From Alphaproteobacteria bacterium (GTDB lineage: Bacteria; Pseudomonadota; Alphaproteobacteria; Rhizobiales; NORP267), in assembly GCA_028599125.1 (NCBI GenBank), contig JAQRMX010000028.1:3898-67897 (forward strand): a stretch of 64,000 bases of DNA. Direction: 5' to 3'. How positions within the stretch are numbered: the stretch's first letter is position 1; every line of letters starts with the position of its first letter. The translations under genes were made by a program, and so were the position numbers. Below, piece by piece: positions 30,975 through 42,037 of the stretch. The notes under the pieces were generated by a model. The model ran no database searches and was not told where the DNA came from. It worked only from the letters and a program-made list of their open reading frames with translations.

Positions 30975-31681
30975 GATACCAGAAGACTCTGCAACCGAAC
31001 AAGCTCCAGCGCTCCTTTTTGTGCGGCTCTAAGCAGGTGTGAAAGCTCGTCACCGGAAAAAGGATGCTTTTCCGATGTGACCTGGACCTCAACAAGAGCG
31101 CCACTTCCAGTCACCACAAAATTGGCATCCGCATCAGCAGTAGAATCTTCCTTATAATCGAGATCAAGGAAAACAGAGCCACTGCAAATACCGCAGGAAA
31201 TGCCTACCACATGATCCAAAATAGGGTCCGCCTTAAGGATATTACGTGTCTTCATCCACTGGATACAAGCATGTAGCGCAATCCACGCGCCCGTGATCGA
31301 GGCCGTGCGTGTCCCTCCATCAGCTTGCAGAACATCACAATCAATGATAATATGGTGCTCCCCCAGCGTCTTTAGGTCAATGACAGAACGCAGTGAACGG
31401 CCAATCAAACGCTGTATCTCTTTTGAACGACCTGATTGTTCCTGTCTTGAGTCGCGCTTGTTTCGTTCAGCTGTGGCGCGGGGTAACATGGCATATTCGG
31501 CGGTTATCCAGCCTTTCCCGCTTCCACGAAGCCAGAAAGGAAGGCGCTCTTCAATACTGGCCGTGCATAAAACATGGGTTTCACCGTACTTGACGAGGCA
31601 GGATCCCTCCGCGTAACGGGAAAAACCAGGTTCTAGCGTGACAGGACGTAAATCATCGGGTAATCGTCCGGAAAGGCGCAT
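30971..31681 (-). CDS. rph: Ribonuclease PH
   Basis: ORF 30971..31801. The likely start is [20 protein letters not shown]. The motif [17 protein letters not shown] is present. Confidence 0.95.
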   Translation of the reverse strand: MRLSGRLPDDLRPVTLEPGFSRYAEGSCLVKYGETHVLCTASIEERLPFWLRGSGKGWITAEYAMLPRATAERNKRDSRQEQSGRSKEIQRLIGRSLRSVIDLKTLGEHHIIIDCDVLQADGGTRTASITGAWIALHACIQWMKTRNILKADPILDHVVGISCGICSGSVFLDLDYKEDSTADADANFVVTGSGALVEVQVTSEKHPFSGDELSHLLRAAQKGALELVRLQSLLVS

Positions 31682-32074
31682 AAAATTCAGAAATCCAAAT
31701 TCAGAAGTCCATCCTAACAGGACCGGTGAGTGACAGAACCGAACTTGCCGGTCACTTGACTTAGAGATAACCATACTATTTAACAGTTTTACTGTTACCA
31801 TTGCAAAGTATTTCTTCCCAAAAAGGGAAAAATCATATCTTCAGGAAAATATTTGAACAAGGAAAAAGAGGAGAAAAACGGTATCGCAGAGGTGATATTT
31901 CTGCACACCTGCCATCTCGTTTAAAACTCGGGCTGACAGGAGTATAATTCCAGAAATCATCCAAGATGCGGTATCATGCTGAACAGGCACATCAGAACCG
32001 CATATGAACAGCACATTCAAAGGCGCGCGCGGCTCAAGAGATAAAGACCATGTTCAAAACCTTTACGAGGCACC

Positions 32075-33139
32075 ATGCCCCATAAAAAAAGAATATTTGC
32101 GCAGCTTAATGAACGGTCTCACAAAATTTTTTGCTCCATTGTGGAAAGCTATCTTGAAAACGGAGAACCCATCGGGTCACGCAACCTAAGCAAGGCTCTG
32201 CCCATTAAGCTCTCACCTGCCTCTATACGCAACGTTATGGCAGATCTTGAAGAACGGGGCTTTGTCTACGCTCCCCATGTGAGCGCTGGGCGCTTGCCAA
32301 CACAAAAGGGATTAAGATTCTTTGTTGATGCCTGTCTTGAACTGCGACAACTCAGCAAAAAAGAGCAGGACGAAATTGATTCTACAATCGGAAATCTTGA
32401 CGCAAGGCCCAATTATGAAACCATCTTGTCTGAAACCTCTGATCTCCTGTCAGGTCTGAGTTGCTGTGCCGGTGTCGTCCTGGAGTCTAAGGGAGATAAA
32501 AAATTACAACAAGTTGAATTCATCCGCCTGGAAGACACGAAGGCGCTGGTGGTCCTTGTAAGTACGGACAGGGAGGTTGAAAATAGGATCATAAATATAC
32601 CCCTGGATATACCGAATTCAAGCCTGATTGAAGCAAGCAATTATCTCAGCACCCACTTGCGCGGACGCACAATCACGGAAACCAAAGCCTTTATTGAAAG
32701 AGAACAAAAAGTAGAAAAAGCACAGCTTGACTCACTTACAAGGACGCTCGTAGAAGCAGGAATTGCAAGCTGGCAGGAAAATGCTTCCGGAAATAATAGG
32801 ACTCTCATAGTGCGGGGGCAAGCTAAGCTACTCAACAACCTGAATGCGTCTGAGGATATTGAACGGGTGAGGCAATTATTCATTGATCTGGAGAGAAAAA
32901 GCGAAGTCATGGAGCTATTTAGCTTAGCAGAAAAAGGAAATGGTGTCCGGATCTTTATCGGATCAGAAAATAAATTATTTTCCCTCTCCGGATCCTCCCT
33001 TGTCCTTTCGCCCTATTACGATTCGGAAAAAAAGGTTATCGGTGTCCTCGGTGTAATTGGGCCTACACGCCTCAACTACGCCCGTATTGTCCCTGTCGTT
33101 GACTATACAGCAAAATTGGTGACACACCTTCTCACTTGA
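32075..33139 (+). CDS. hrcA: Heat-inducible transcription repressor HrcA
   Basis: 354 aa with an N-terminal winged-helix region (IVESYLENGEPIGSRNLSK). It is divergent from rph and followed by grpE. Confidence 0.92.
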   Translation: MPHKKRIFAQLNERSHKIFCSIVESYLENGEPIGSRNLSKALPIKLSPASIRNVMADLEERGFVYAPHVSAGRLPTQKGLRFFVDACLELRQLSKKEQDEIDSTIGNLDARPNYETILSETSDLLSGLSCCAGVVLESKGDKKLQQVEFIRLEDTKALVVLVSTDREVENRIINIPLDIPNSSLIEASNYLSTHLRGRTITETKAFIEREQKVEKAQLDSLTRTLVEAGIASWQENASGNNRTLIVRGQAKLLNNLNASEDIERVRQLFIDLERKSEVMELFSLAEKGNGVRIFIGSENKLFSLSGSSLVLSPYYDSEKKVIGVLGVIGPTRLNYARIVPVVDYTAKLVTHLLT

Positions 33140-33261
33140 TTTAAAAGGCAGAAAAACACATATAAAAGCAAACACCTACCCTGCCCGCACCCCGCAATAG
33201 GTAAGTTGCATGATAAGACGCATCAGATGCATAAAAGGAAATTCAGGAGAATAAAAAGAAA

Positions 33262-34071
33262 ATGAACGATACGTATAAACAGGATCAGGCACAAGCACAA
33301 GCACAAGCACAAGCACAAGCACAAGATCAGGATCAGGATCAGGATCAGGATCAAGCACAGACACAGACACAGACACAGACACAGACACAGACACAGACAC
33401 AGGATCAAGCACAAGATCAGGAGTGGGCGGAACGCAAAGAAGGAGAGGCCCCTGAAAACGTTACCGGAGAATCTTCTGGTAAATTCGGTGACCCGCCGAA
33501 AGGGTTGGACGCACTGGATAAGAAAGATTTATCAGAAAGACTGCTCCGGGCCTTAGCTGAAACAGAAAATATACGACAACGCTCTGAACGCCAGATACAG
33601 GACGCACAGGTCTATGCCGTAACAAATTTCGCGCGGGATATCCTTTCTGTCTGTGATAATTTAAAACGGGCTCTTACCAATATACCGGAACAAGAAGACA
33701 AAGATGAGGAGCCGGTCCTGCGCGCACTGCGAGAGGGCCTCGGCATAACCGAACAAGAAATGTCCAAGACACTGGAGAAATATAAAATCCGCAAAATTGA
33801 TGCTCTCAATCAACGGTTTGATCCTAATATTCACCAGGCTATGTTTGAGGTTGTACAAACCGATATTCCTGCCGGTACGGTCATCAAGATTTTTCAGGAT
33901 GGTTATTGCATCCATGACCGTGTTTTACGACCTGCCATGGTCGGCGTCTCAAAAGGTGGCCCCAAAGTGCCGCCACCACAAAAAACCATTACAGAAGACA
34001 AAGAACCCGCACAGATGAAATCAGAGACAACTGATATACCGCCAACGGAGGCCGCAACAGACGAAAAATAG
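33262..34071 (+). CDS. grpE: Nucleotide exchange factor GrpE with a repeat-encoded low-complexity N-terminus
   Basis: 269 aa. The GrpE core runs LLRALAETENIRQRSERQ... to ...DGYCIHDRVLRPAMVGVSKG. The N-terminal ~45 aa are (QA)n(QD)n(TQ)n. Confidence 0.9.
   Translation: MNDTYKQDQAQAQAQAQAQAQDQDQDQDQDQAQTQTQTQTQTQTQTQDQAQDQEWAERKEGEAPENVTGESSGKFGDPPKGLDALDKKDLSERLLRALAETENIRQRSERQIQDAQVYAVTNFARDILSVCDNLKRALTNIPEQEDKDEEPVLRALREGLGITEQEMSKTLEKYKIRKIDALNQRFDPNIHQAMFEVVQTDIPAGTVIKIFQDGYCIHDRVLRPAMVGVSKGGPKVPPPQKTITEDKEPAQMKSETTDIPPTEAATDEK
33289..33402 (+). repeat. Three adjacent in-frame hexanucleotide microsatellites inside grpE: (GCACAA)6, (GATCAG)4, (ACACAG)7
   Basis: Counted directly: GCACAA x6 at 33289-33324, GATCAG x4 at 33325-33348 (then gatcaa gcacag), and ACACAG x7 at 33361-33402. 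Confidence 0.95.
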
Positions 34072-34311
34072 CAGACCGATAGGAACCGCCCCTCTTCACG
34101 CAGTATCACGCAGTAGAAAAGCTAACCGGGGCATGGCCACACAGCAGAAAACAGCATAATAGAAAGGCAATGGAGTGCTGGAAAAAGACCTCCCCGAAAA
34201 AACCACTCCGGAAGAAAAAAAACAATAGCCGTGCAGCCCCGCCCGTAAGCACAAAAATAATGCAAAGTGCCCACGCTTCACACCTGAAGCCCTCAAAGAA
34301 CCGACTGCAGG

Positions 34312-35223
34312 TCAGCTCATATAAAGAGCCGCCGCGCGCCCCGGCGTTATATTTGGAGACGGCGTTTTTCCAGATAATGCACCCTGCATCTCTAAAAAGC
34401 GGATTGAAGCGGTCAATTGCTCCAGCCGCAGTCTCTTACGAGATGGTAAAAGGATCTCTGATTTCGTGCTATCGTTTATTTGATCAACTAAACGATCATA
34501 TTCCCGTTTTTCGGCGGAAGAGAGTGCTTTGATCTCACGTTGAGTCTCCAGTTTTTTCAATTGAGTGGAAATATTGCGCAGCTGATGCTTTGCGGCTTCG
34601 CTTTTCGGACGCTCCTGGACTCTTTCCAGAGCGCGTGATCTGAGACGCTCAAGGCTTTCATGCCGTTGTTTCTGCGCGCCCCGCAAAGGGGCGGCAAGAA
34701 GATCGTCAACTTTTCCGGTCAAGGCTTTCAGACGGGCATTTCCTTTTACATCGACATATTCCTTGCCCATAATAGCATAAGCCTCCCGGTAAAGCTGGAG
34801 ACGTTCTTTATGCTCTGAGGCTGATAATCCCGCAGAACCCGACGCTTTTGCCTCCAGGAGGCTGATTTTCTCTTGCTTCTTCGACAACATTTTTGTTTGC
34901 GCGGGGGACAAGGCCGTCTTAAACCCAAGGAGATGTTTTCTTTCCCGATCAAGACCTTTGACCAGCAACCCAATCGATTCATCGGAACGCGAATGTGCAC
35001 CAGCAGAAAAAAGAGCTGAGGCTCCACCTTGAAGTGCCCCCCCCAATGCGCTGGAAAAATGTGAGGCTGAAAGAAACAATGTGCGACCCTCCCCGATCAA
35101 GGTCGTCATCTTTGCAATTATCCGGGGTGCCATTATCCGGGAAAGATGACGTTCAATTCCGTGAACCGCACCCTTCACAAACCGGTGCCTTCCTTCAACA
35201 TTCCCCCAACGACTTTGAGACAA
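34312..35223 (-). CDS. Hypothetical coiled-coil-rich protein (orphan); start uncertain (TTG at 35223, first ATG at 35133)
   Basis: A 303-codon stop-free frame between grpE and dnaK on the opposite strand. It is rich in Lys/Glu/Arg/Leu/Ala with heptad-like stretches, and has no TM segment or motif I recognise. The only support is ORF length and protein-like composition. Confidence 0.45.
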   Translation of the reverse strand: MSQSRWGNVEGRHRFVKGAVHGIERHLSRIMAPRIIAKMTTLIGEGRTLFLSASHFSSALGGALQGGASALFSAGAHSRSDESIGLLVKGLDRERKHLLGFKTALSPAQTKMLSKKQEKISLLEAKASGSAGLSASEHKERLQLYREAYAIMGKEYVDVKGNARLKALTGKVDDLLAAPLRGAQKQRHESLERLRSRALERVQERPKSEAAKHQLRNISTQLKKLETQREIKALSSAEKREYDRLVDQINDSTKSEILLPSRKRLRLEQLTASIRFLEMQGALSGKTPSPNITPGRAAALYMS

Positions 35224-35372
35224 GAATATAGTGAAAAAGGAATTAAAATAATGTTAAGCATATATTTATTCCTCTTCCTCTCGGGAACAGAAAAAACAAG
35301 GAGGAAACGAAAGGCCCGTTCATTAAAACAATGAAAAAGACTGAAAAAAGAGTCTCATGAACATATAATGGC

Positions 35373-35401
35373 CTTGAAGAACATAGCACTTGCCCCTATA
35401 T
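35373..35401 (+). promoter_or_regulatory. Sigma-32 (RpoH)-type heat-shock promoter upstream of dnaK
   Basis: CTTGAA (35373-35378), a 14-nt spacer, then CCCCTATAT (35393-35401). This matches the CTTGAA-N13-15-CCCCATnT consensus. It lies ~300 nt upstream of the dnaK ATG. Confidence 0.6.
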
Positions 35402-35704
35402 CTAGGACTTGTCTCTGTGAAAGCGTGGATGTATTCAGCGCAATCATGTGTCTTTTCGTTTCGGTGAAAATTTCTGTAATCACGGAAAAAACCTTTCTTT
35501 TCTTCCCTGTCTTCTAGATTTCGGAGAGCAGAAAAGAAAGGCTCCCGGGAAAGAGGGTTTCGTAAGGAAAGTAAAGCGTCGCAAAGAGCACAGAGGGGGG
35601 ACTAAAGAGCGGTTATAAGGGACAAGGGAATATAAGTTAAATCGTTTGGGGAACATATTAGTAGCCCCAAGAGTCTAACCGGATTTTATGCGAGGATTTG
35701 GTCC

Positions 35705-37633
35705 ATGGGAAAAGTGATGGGTATTGATCTCGGAACGACGAATTCGTGCGTCTCCGTGATGGAAGGCAAAACACCTAAGGTTATTGAGAATTCAGAGGGT
35801 GCACGTACAACGCCTTCCATGGTTGCCTTCACGGAAGAAGGTGAACGTCTGGTAGGACAGCCAGCTAAGCGACAGGCTGTGACCAATCCTGAACATACCC
35901 TTTTTGCTTTCAAGCGTCTCATCGGACGAACGTATAAAGACCCATTAACACAGAAAGACAAAGGGCTTGTTCCCTATCACATTGTTTCTGCCGACAATGG
36001 AGACGCGTGGATAGAAGCACGTGGTGAGAAATATTCTCCTTCACAGATTTCCGCTTTCGTTCTCCAGAAAATGAAAGCAACGGCAGAGGAATATCTCGGG
36101 GCCAAAGTTGATAAGGCCGTCATCACAGTTCCTGCTTACTTCAACGACGCCCAACGTCAGGCAACAAAAGATGCCGGAAAAATTGCTGGACTTGAGGTGC
36201 TGCGCATCATAAATGAGCCAACAGCAGCAGCACTTGCCTACGGGCTTGAAAAAAAAGGGAGCGGAATTGTTGCCGTTTACGATCTCGGAGGTGGCACATT
36301 TGACGTGTCCATCCTCGAAATCGGAAGTGGTGTCTTTGAAGTGAAATCCACAAATGGAAACACCTTTCTTGGCGGTGAAGATTTCGATATGCGCCTCGTT
36401 TCATGCATGGCTGAAGAGTTTGAGAAAGAAAACGGAATTGATCCGCGTAAGGACAAGCTCGCCCTCCAGCGTCTCAAAGACGCCGCAGAAAAAGCAAAAA
36501 TTGAACTCTCCTCATCCCAACAAACAGAGATCAATCTCCCTTTCATAACCGCAGATGCAACGGGACCGAAGCATCTCACAATGAAGCTAACACGCGCAAA
36601 ATTTGAATCCATGGTTGATGATCTTCTTCAGAAAACCGTTAAACCCTGCGAAGACGCATTAAAGGATGCAGGGCTTAAAAAGGAAGAAATAGATGAAGTC
36701 GTTCTCGTTGGAGGAATGACACGCATGCCTAAAGTTCAGGATCTGGTAAAAGACCTGTTCGGGAAAGAACCAAGCAGAGGCGTCAACCCTGATGAAGTTG
36801 TTGCCATGGGGGCCGCTATTCAGGCCGGTGTTCTTCAGGGGGATGTGAAGGATGTTCTGCTCCTTGATGTTACGCCGCTTTCTCTGGGCATTGAAACACT
36901 GGGCGGGGTCTTCACAAGGCTCATTGACCGAAACACAACCGTTCCTACAAAAAAAAGCCAGACATTTTCTACCGCAGAGGATGGACAGACGGCTGTCACG
37001 ATCCGTGTGTTTCAGGGAGAACGGGAAATGGCCTGCGACAACAAGCTCCTTGGGCAGTTTGACCTCGTCGGTATCCCTCCCGCTTCTCGTGGAATGCCAC
37101 AGATTGAGGTCAGTTTTGATATTGACGCCAACGGAATCGTCAAAGTCACGGCCAAGGACAAGGCAACAGGAAAAGAGCATGAAATACAAATACACGCATC
37201 CGGAGGCCTCTCAGACGCTGATATAGAAAAAATGGTTAGGGATGCCGAGGAAAATGCCGAGGGGGATAAACAGCGGAGGGAGCTGATCAATACCAAAAAT
37301 CAATCGGAAGCTACAATTCATTCCACAGAAAAAGCCCTCTCTGAGCATGGTGATAAAATAGAAGAAAACGAAAAAGCGACAATTGAAACGGCTATCAAAG
37401 ACTTGAAAAGTGTACTTGAAGAGGAAGATATTGGGGCAATAAAAGAAAAAACCACTCTCCTCGCTCAGGCCGCCCTGAAACTTGGAGAAGCCCTGTATAA
37501 GGACGGACAGGACAGACAGAACGGACAGGACGAGACCGCAGACGCCATGGGCGGTAACATGAGGGACGAGAATATCCTTGATGCCGATTTCGAAGAAATG
37601 AAAAATGCTGAGGGAGAAGACAAGCCTGCATAA
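35705..37633 (+). CDS. dnaK: Molecular chaperone DnaK (Hsp70)
   Basis: 642 aa with motifs [16 protein letters not shown] and [15 protein letters not shown] sits 9 nt upstream of the ATG. Confidence 0.98.
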   Translation: MGKVMGIDLGTTNSCVSVMEGKTPKVIENSEGARTTPSMVAFTEEGERLVGQPAKRQAVTNPEHTLFAFKRLIGRTYKDPLTQKDKGLVPYHIVSADNGDAWIEARGEKYSPSQISAFVLQKMKATAEEYLGAKVDKAVITVPAYFNDAQRQATKDAGKIAGLEVLRIINEPTAAALAYGLEKKGSGIVAVYDLGGGTFDVSILEIGSGVFEVKSTNGNTFLGGEDFDMRLVSCMAEEFEKENGIDPRKDKLALQRLKDAAEKAKIELSSSQQTEINLPFITADATGPKHLTMKLTRAKFESMVDDLLQKTVKPCEDALKDAGLKKEEIDEVVLVGGMTRMPKVQDLVKDLFGKEPSRGVNPDEVVAMGAAIQAGVLQGDVKDVLLLDVTPLSLGIETLGGVFTRLIDRNTTVPTKKSQTFSTAEDGQTAVTIRVFQGEREMACDNKLLGQFDLVGIPPASRGMPQIEVSFDIDANGIVKVTAKDKATGKEHEIQIHASGGLSDADIEKMVRDAEENAEGDKQRRELINTKNQSEATIHSTEKALSEHGDKIEENEKATIETAIKDLKSVLEEEDIGAIKEKTTLLAQAALKLGEALYKDGQDRQNGQDETADAMGGNMRDENILDADFEEMKNAEGEDKPA

Positions 37634-37801
37634 GCTCGTACGCTTTTTCTGTCTCCTCACCGGAACCGCCTCGTTAAAAAAGGAGGTCCTGTGAGGGAGA
37701 GAGGATGTTTGCAGGGAAAGATAAGCAAGGTGTTCACGGACAGCAAAAGAACCGCTGCTCTGAAACTGTTTTAGTATCATCCGGGAGATATAGACGTCTT
37801 C

Positions 37802-38917
37802 ATGGCCAAAAAAGATTTTTACAGTCTCTTGGACATTTCCAGAGACGCCGAGGAAAAAGAGATAAAAGCAGCATTCCGCAAGCTTGCCATGCGTTATCAC
37901 CCGGATCGCAATCAAGATAATCCAGAGGCTGATCAGCGCTTCAAGGAAATCAACGAAGCTTACGAAATTCTTAAAGACCCGCAAAAGCGGGCAGCCTATG
38001 ACCAGTTTGGTCATCAAGCATTTGAGGCAGGCGGGTCTGGGAATGCGAGCGGTGGCTTCTCCTCTTCTATGCCCGATTTCTTTGAAGACCTCTTCGGCAA
38101 TATCATGGGAAAAGGGCAGCGGCAGGAGAGAGGCGGCGCTGATTTGCGCTACAATATCGAAATCTCTCTTAAAGATGCCTATCAGGGTAAAATAGAAAAA
38201 ATAACAGTCAAGTCCGGCGTCAGTTGCAAACAGTGCAACGGATCCGGGGCCGCAGCAGGATCAAGTCCTAAAAATTGTTCCACCTGCAGTGGAAATGGAA
38301 AAATTTACGCAAGACAAGGTTTTTTCAGAATTGAGCAAACCTGCGTTGCGTGCCAAGGACGTGGGCAAGTCATTGAAAAACCTTGCAATATCTGTTCTGG
38401 GGCCGGACGAACGTCGCAGGAGAGAACCCTTTCTGTGAACATACCTGCAGGGGTTGAAGATGGAACGAGAATACGCCTCTCCGGCGAGGGAGAGGGTGGA
38501 ATACGGGGGACCCCCTCCGGAGACCTTTATGTCTTTCTCTCCATTAAACCACATCTCTTCTTCCAGAGGGACAGGGCTGACCTTTTCTGTCATGTACCAA
38601 TCTCTATGACTAAAGCCGCACTGGGCGGACATATTGAAGTTCCAACCATTTCTGGCACAAGGACAAAAGTAAAAATTCCTGAGGGGATACAGTCCGGAAA
38701 ACAAATCCGCCTTCGGGGACAGGGAATGCCTCTTATGAGAACAAAGCAAAGGGGTGATACATATATCCAGGTCATGGTTGAAACGCCTTGCAATCTCAAC
38801 AAAAAGCAAAAAGATCTGCTCATGCAGTTTGAAGAGGCCTCAAGTGACAGCAATAATCCGGAATCGTCTGGTTTCTTTGCAAAAGTAAAAGAGTTTTGGG
38901 GAGGAATCAGTAATTAA
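37802..38917 (+). CDS. dnaJ: Molecular chaperone DnaJ
   Basis: 371 aa with a J-domain HPD (RYHPDRN), a Gly-rich linker, and four CxxCxGxG motifs ([32 protein letters not shown]). Confidence 0.97.
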   Translation: MAKKDFYSLLDISRDAEEKEIKAAFRKLAMRYHPDRNQDNPEADQRFKEINEAYEILKDPQKRAAYDQFGHQAFEAGGSGNASGGFSSSMPDFFEDLFGNIMGKGQRQERGGADLRYNIEISLKDAYQGKIEKITVKSGVSCKQCNGSGAAAGSSPKNCSTCSGNGKIYARQGFFRIEQTCVACQGRGQVIEKPCNICSGAGRTSQERTLSVNIPAGVEDGTRIRLSGEGEGGIRGTPSGDLYVFLSIKPHLFFQRDRADLFCHVPISMTKAALGGHIEVPTISGTRTKVKIPEGIQSGKQIRLRGQGMPLMRTKQRGDTYIQVMVETPCNLNKKQKDLLMQFEEASSDSNNPESSGFFAKVKEFWGGISN

Positions 38918-39016
38918 ATTTCATTCCCTTTTCATACCGCGAATCAGGCATCTGTATGGAAAAACTTCTGCACAGGTTATAGAAAGGCTCCCGTCGAAAA
39001 AGAGTGGATATCAAAA

Positions 39017-39619
39017 ATGAAAAAGCAGCACAGTAAAGAAAAAGGATATTTTCATTTCCTTCTGAAATGGATCAGAAATCCCTCTCTGATCGGGTCTGTT
39101 GCTCCTAGCAGTAAAGCCTTGTCCCGCAAAATGGCCAGACAGGTTAATCCTTCCGTTCCAGGACTCATTATTGAGCTCGGACCGGGAACAGGGACTGTTA
39201 CAGACGCACTGATTGAATGTGGAATTGATGAAAATCGGCTTGTACTGATTGAAGCTGATGAAGAATTTGCTGCACTTTTACTCCTGCGGTTTCCAAAAGC
39301 ACAGATCATTATAGGCGATGCCTATGAAATCGCCGCTCTGACAAAGAACCTTCCTGTCCCTGTTTCCGCAATTGTTTCCAGTCTTCCCCTTTTTACCCAA
39401 CCCCTTGCACGACGGAAGGTTTTATTACAGGAAGCATTGCTCCTGTTACAAAACAAGGAAAAAAATGAGGCACAGGGCGCTTTTATTCAGTTTACCTATG
39501 CGCTGAAATCTCCTATTTCCCCTGATAAAGATCGTTTCTCCCTTCACGGCACGCGCCGCGTCTGGTGGAATATGTTTCCTGCGCGGGTCTGGATATATCG
39601 CCCCGTGAATAATCCATGA
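39017..39619 (+). CDS. Class I SAM-dependent methyltransferase, phospholipid N-methyltransferase (PmtA)-like
   Basis: 200 aa with the segments IGSVAPSSKALSRKMA and IIELGPGTGTVT (SAM-binding). The PmtA-like assignment rests on recalled family features, not on a search. Confidence 0.65.
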   Translation: MKKQHSKEKGYFHFLLKWIRNPSLIGSVAPSSKALSRKMARQVNPSVPGLIIELGPGTGTVTDALIECGIDENRLVLIEADEEFAALLLLRFPKAQIIIGDAYEIAALTKNLPVPVSAIVSSLPLFTQPLARRKVLLQEALLLLQNKEKNEAQGAFIQFTYALKSPISPDKDRFSLHGTRRVWWNMFPARVWIYRPVNNP

Positions 39620-39744
39620 AGAGATAGTCCTGTAGGGTCCGTTCTCCGTACCTTTTGCGGCCTCTCCTCCGTCTTTCCTTTTCATAGAGCACAGGGCACT
39701 GAACGCGCGAAGTAAAAACAGCACTACTACCGCACATTTTCTTC

Positions 39745-40488
39745 TTGTCATACGAAGGCATACTTTTGAAAAAAAAAACGCCTCTTGAACCGAAAGACCG
39801 TCTTATCCTCGCCCTTGATCTGCCTTCAGTAAATGATGCCCGTTACCTAGTAGATAAGATCGGGGAAACGGTTTCAATTTACAAGATCGGTTACCGTCTC
39901 GGCTATGCAGCAGGTGGTCTTGAGCTTGCTCAACAGCTGGTTGAGCAGGGAAAGCAGATTTTTCTTGATTTCAAACTGCATGATATCCCTCAAACCGTAA
40001 GCCAGGGGATTAAATCCCTCAGCAGGACGGGCGCGTCTTTCCTGACAGTTCATGCTTATCCACAGACCATGCGCGCCGCCATTAAGGGACGAGGGGCGGG
40101 AGACCTCACATTACTTGCGGTAACGGCACTGACATCTTATGACGACACAGACGCGGCGGAAGCCGGCTATGCTCTCAATATTCATGACCTGACTGCACGT
40201 CGTGCCCGACAAGCCTGTGAAAGTGGCATGGACGGACTTATTATCGCTGCAACCGAGGCTAAGGATATCAGAGCAATAATCGCTCCTCATATTGAACTGA
40301 TTACGCCCGGTATCCGGCCTTTCGGAGCGCTCGCGAATGATCAGAAACAAACCATGACGCCCGGAGAAGCACTAAAGGCCGGGGCTGACCGGCTCGTCAT
40401 CGGACGCCCCATACTTTCTGCCAATGATCCTAAAGAGGCCGCAAAGCAGATCATGGATGAAATTAACGAAGCTTTGACGACCGCATAA
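39745..40488 (+). CDS. pyrF: Orotidine-5'-phosphate decarboxylase; start uncertain (TTG)
   Basis: Motifs LILALDLPS and DFKLHDIPQTV are present, along with the C-terminal segment RLVIGRPI. Confidence 0.9.
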   Translation: MSYEGILLKKKTPLEPKDRLILALDLPSVNDARYLVDKIGETVSIYKIGYRLGYAAGGLELAQQLVEQGKQIFLDFKLHDIPQTVSQGIKSLSRTGASFLTVHAYPQTMRAAIKGRGAGDLTLLAVTALTSYDDTDAAEAGYALNIHDLTARRARQACESGMDGLIIAATEAKDIRAIIAPHIELITPGIRPFGALANDQKQTMTPGEALKAGADRLVIGRPILSANDPKEAAKQIMDEINEALTTA

Positions 40489-40571
40489 AATATCAATTTA
40501 TATAAAATGTTAATCTATAAAGGACGAAATCCTGTGAATACTCTTTCCCTTCTTAAAAAAAGGAGCCACAC

Positions 40572-41420
40572 ATGTCCCTGATGCGTCTTGTCATTTCTGG
40601 AGCAACAGGACGCATGGGAAACACACTAATACGGACCATTCATCGGAGTCCTCATGCTGTCATCACAGGGGCCATCACAGGACCTCAGGACCCTCATCTG
40701 GGCCAGGATGCCGGGATCTGTGCAGGGCTTTCTTGCATAGGTGTCCCCCTGACTGACGACCCCGCTACGGCCCTTAAGCACGCCGATGGCATCATTGATT
40801 TTTCAACACCGGAAGCAAGCCGACGACTCGCTCTTGACGCGGCAGAAGCCGGAATCGTCTCTGTCATTGGCGTGACTGGATTTTCGACTGGAGAGGAAGA
40901 TGACATTCAGGCCGCCGCAGAGCGGATCCCGATTATAAAATCTGCAAATATGAGCCTGGCTGTTGCCCTTCTTGCGAACCTCCTCTTCCGGGCTGCTGAA
41001 ATACTAGATGAAAGCTTTGATATCGAAATCCTTGAAATGCACCATCGGAACAAGGTGGACGCCCCATCAGGCACTGCATGGATGCTTGCCCAGGCTGCCG
41101 CACAGGGAAGGAATGTACAACTTGAAGACTGTGCTGTGAAAGCTCATACATCTGATACAGGAGCTAGAAGTGCAGGCCAGATTGGCTTTGCGGTCTTGCG
41201 GGGCGGGTCTGTTGTTGGGGATCATCATGTTATTCTCGCGGGTGATGATGAGCAGATTGAATTGACACATAAAGCTCAAAATCGCAATATCTTCGCTCAT
41301 GGAGCCCTGAAGGCCGCTTTGTGGGGCCTTCATCAGGAGCCGGGTCTTTATTCTATTGCCGATGTCATCAGATCCACTGATCTGAAAACGAAATTTGATC
41401 TGAAAGCGAAAGAAGAGTGA
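40572..41420 (+). CDS. dapB: 4-hydroxy-tetrahydrodipicolinate reductase
   Basis: 282 aa with motifs ISGATGRMG and [15 protein letters not shown]. It overlaps gpmA by 4 nt. Confidence 0.93.
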   Translation: MSLMRLVISGATGRMGNTLIRTIHRSPHAVITGAITGPQDPHLGQDAGICAGLSCIGVPLTDDPATALKHADGIIDFSTPEASRRLALDAAEAGIVSVIGVTGFSTGEEDDIQAAAERIPIIKSANMSLAVALLANLLFRAAEILDESFDIEILEMHHRNKVDAPSGTAWMLAQAAAQGRNVQLEDCAVKAHTSDTGARSAGQIGFAVLRGGSVVGDHHVILAGDDEQIELTHKAQNRNIFAHGALKAALWGLHQEPGLYSIADVIRSTDLKTKFDLKAKEE

Positions 41421-42037
41421 TAAAAAAACAGTTTCTCGTTTTGCTGCGTCATGGACAGAGCACATGGAATGCGAAAAACCTTTTCACGGGGTGGAAAAAT
41501 CCTGATTTATCCCCATACGGGCAGGAAGAAGCCCGTCTTGCTGCACAAAAATTGCAGAAGCGTGACCTTTCCTTTGACATTGCTTATACCAGCAGACTCA
41601 CACGTGCCCGACATACCCTCTCAATCATTCTTGAGGAACAAGAGCGGACTCACATCCCGATTGTGGAAACGGAAGCTCTCAATGAACGCAATTACGGGCA
41701 GCTCTCAGGCGTTAATAAAAAAGAAGCAGAGCTAAAATGGGGAGAAAATCAGGTTCAGTTATGGCGCCGTTCTTATGAAAAACCTCCTCCGGGAGGGGAG
41801 AGTCTCAAAGATACGGCAGCACGAGTTCTTCCCTTCTACATCCGGCATATCATGCCTGAGTTGCTCTCGGGACGCAATGTGCTCGTTGTTGCCCACGGAA
41901 ATTCACTGCGGGCGTTGATTATGGTTCTGGAAGGCTTTGATCCGCAGCAAATTACCCAGCTTGAAATTAATACAGCTGTTCCGATCATTTACCGGATTAA
42001 TCCGGATTCAACGGTAGATTCAAAAGAAATCCTTTAG
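41417..42037 (+). CDS. gpmA: 2,3-bisphosphoglycerate-dependent phosphoglycerate mutase
   Basis: 206 aa with a GTG start. The catalytic motif [10 protein letters not shown] and the later segment [10 protein letters not shown] are present. Confidence 0.95.
   Translation: MIKKQFLVLLRHGQSTWNAKNLFTGWKNPDLSPYGQEEARLAAQKLQKRDLSFDIAYTSRLTRARHTLSIILEEQERTHIPIVETEALNERNYGQLSGVNKKEAELKWGENQVQLWRRSYEKPPPGGESLKDTAARVLPFYIRHIMPELLSGRNVLVVAHGNSLRALIMVLEGFDPQQITQLEINTAVPIIYRINPDSTVDSKEIL

Noticed and set aside
33176-33414. Minus-strand ORFs encoding VSVSVSV / CLCLCLC peptides
   Set aside because: These are antisense readings of the grpE hexanucleotide microsatellites. They are artefacts of the repeat, and grpE on the + strand explains the region.
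35383-35391. CIRCE-like half site (atagcactt versus TTAGCACTC) near dnaK
   Set aside because: No matching inverted arm GAGTGCTAA lies 9 nt downstream. The sequence sits inside the spacer of the sigma-32-type promoter and is probably coincidental.
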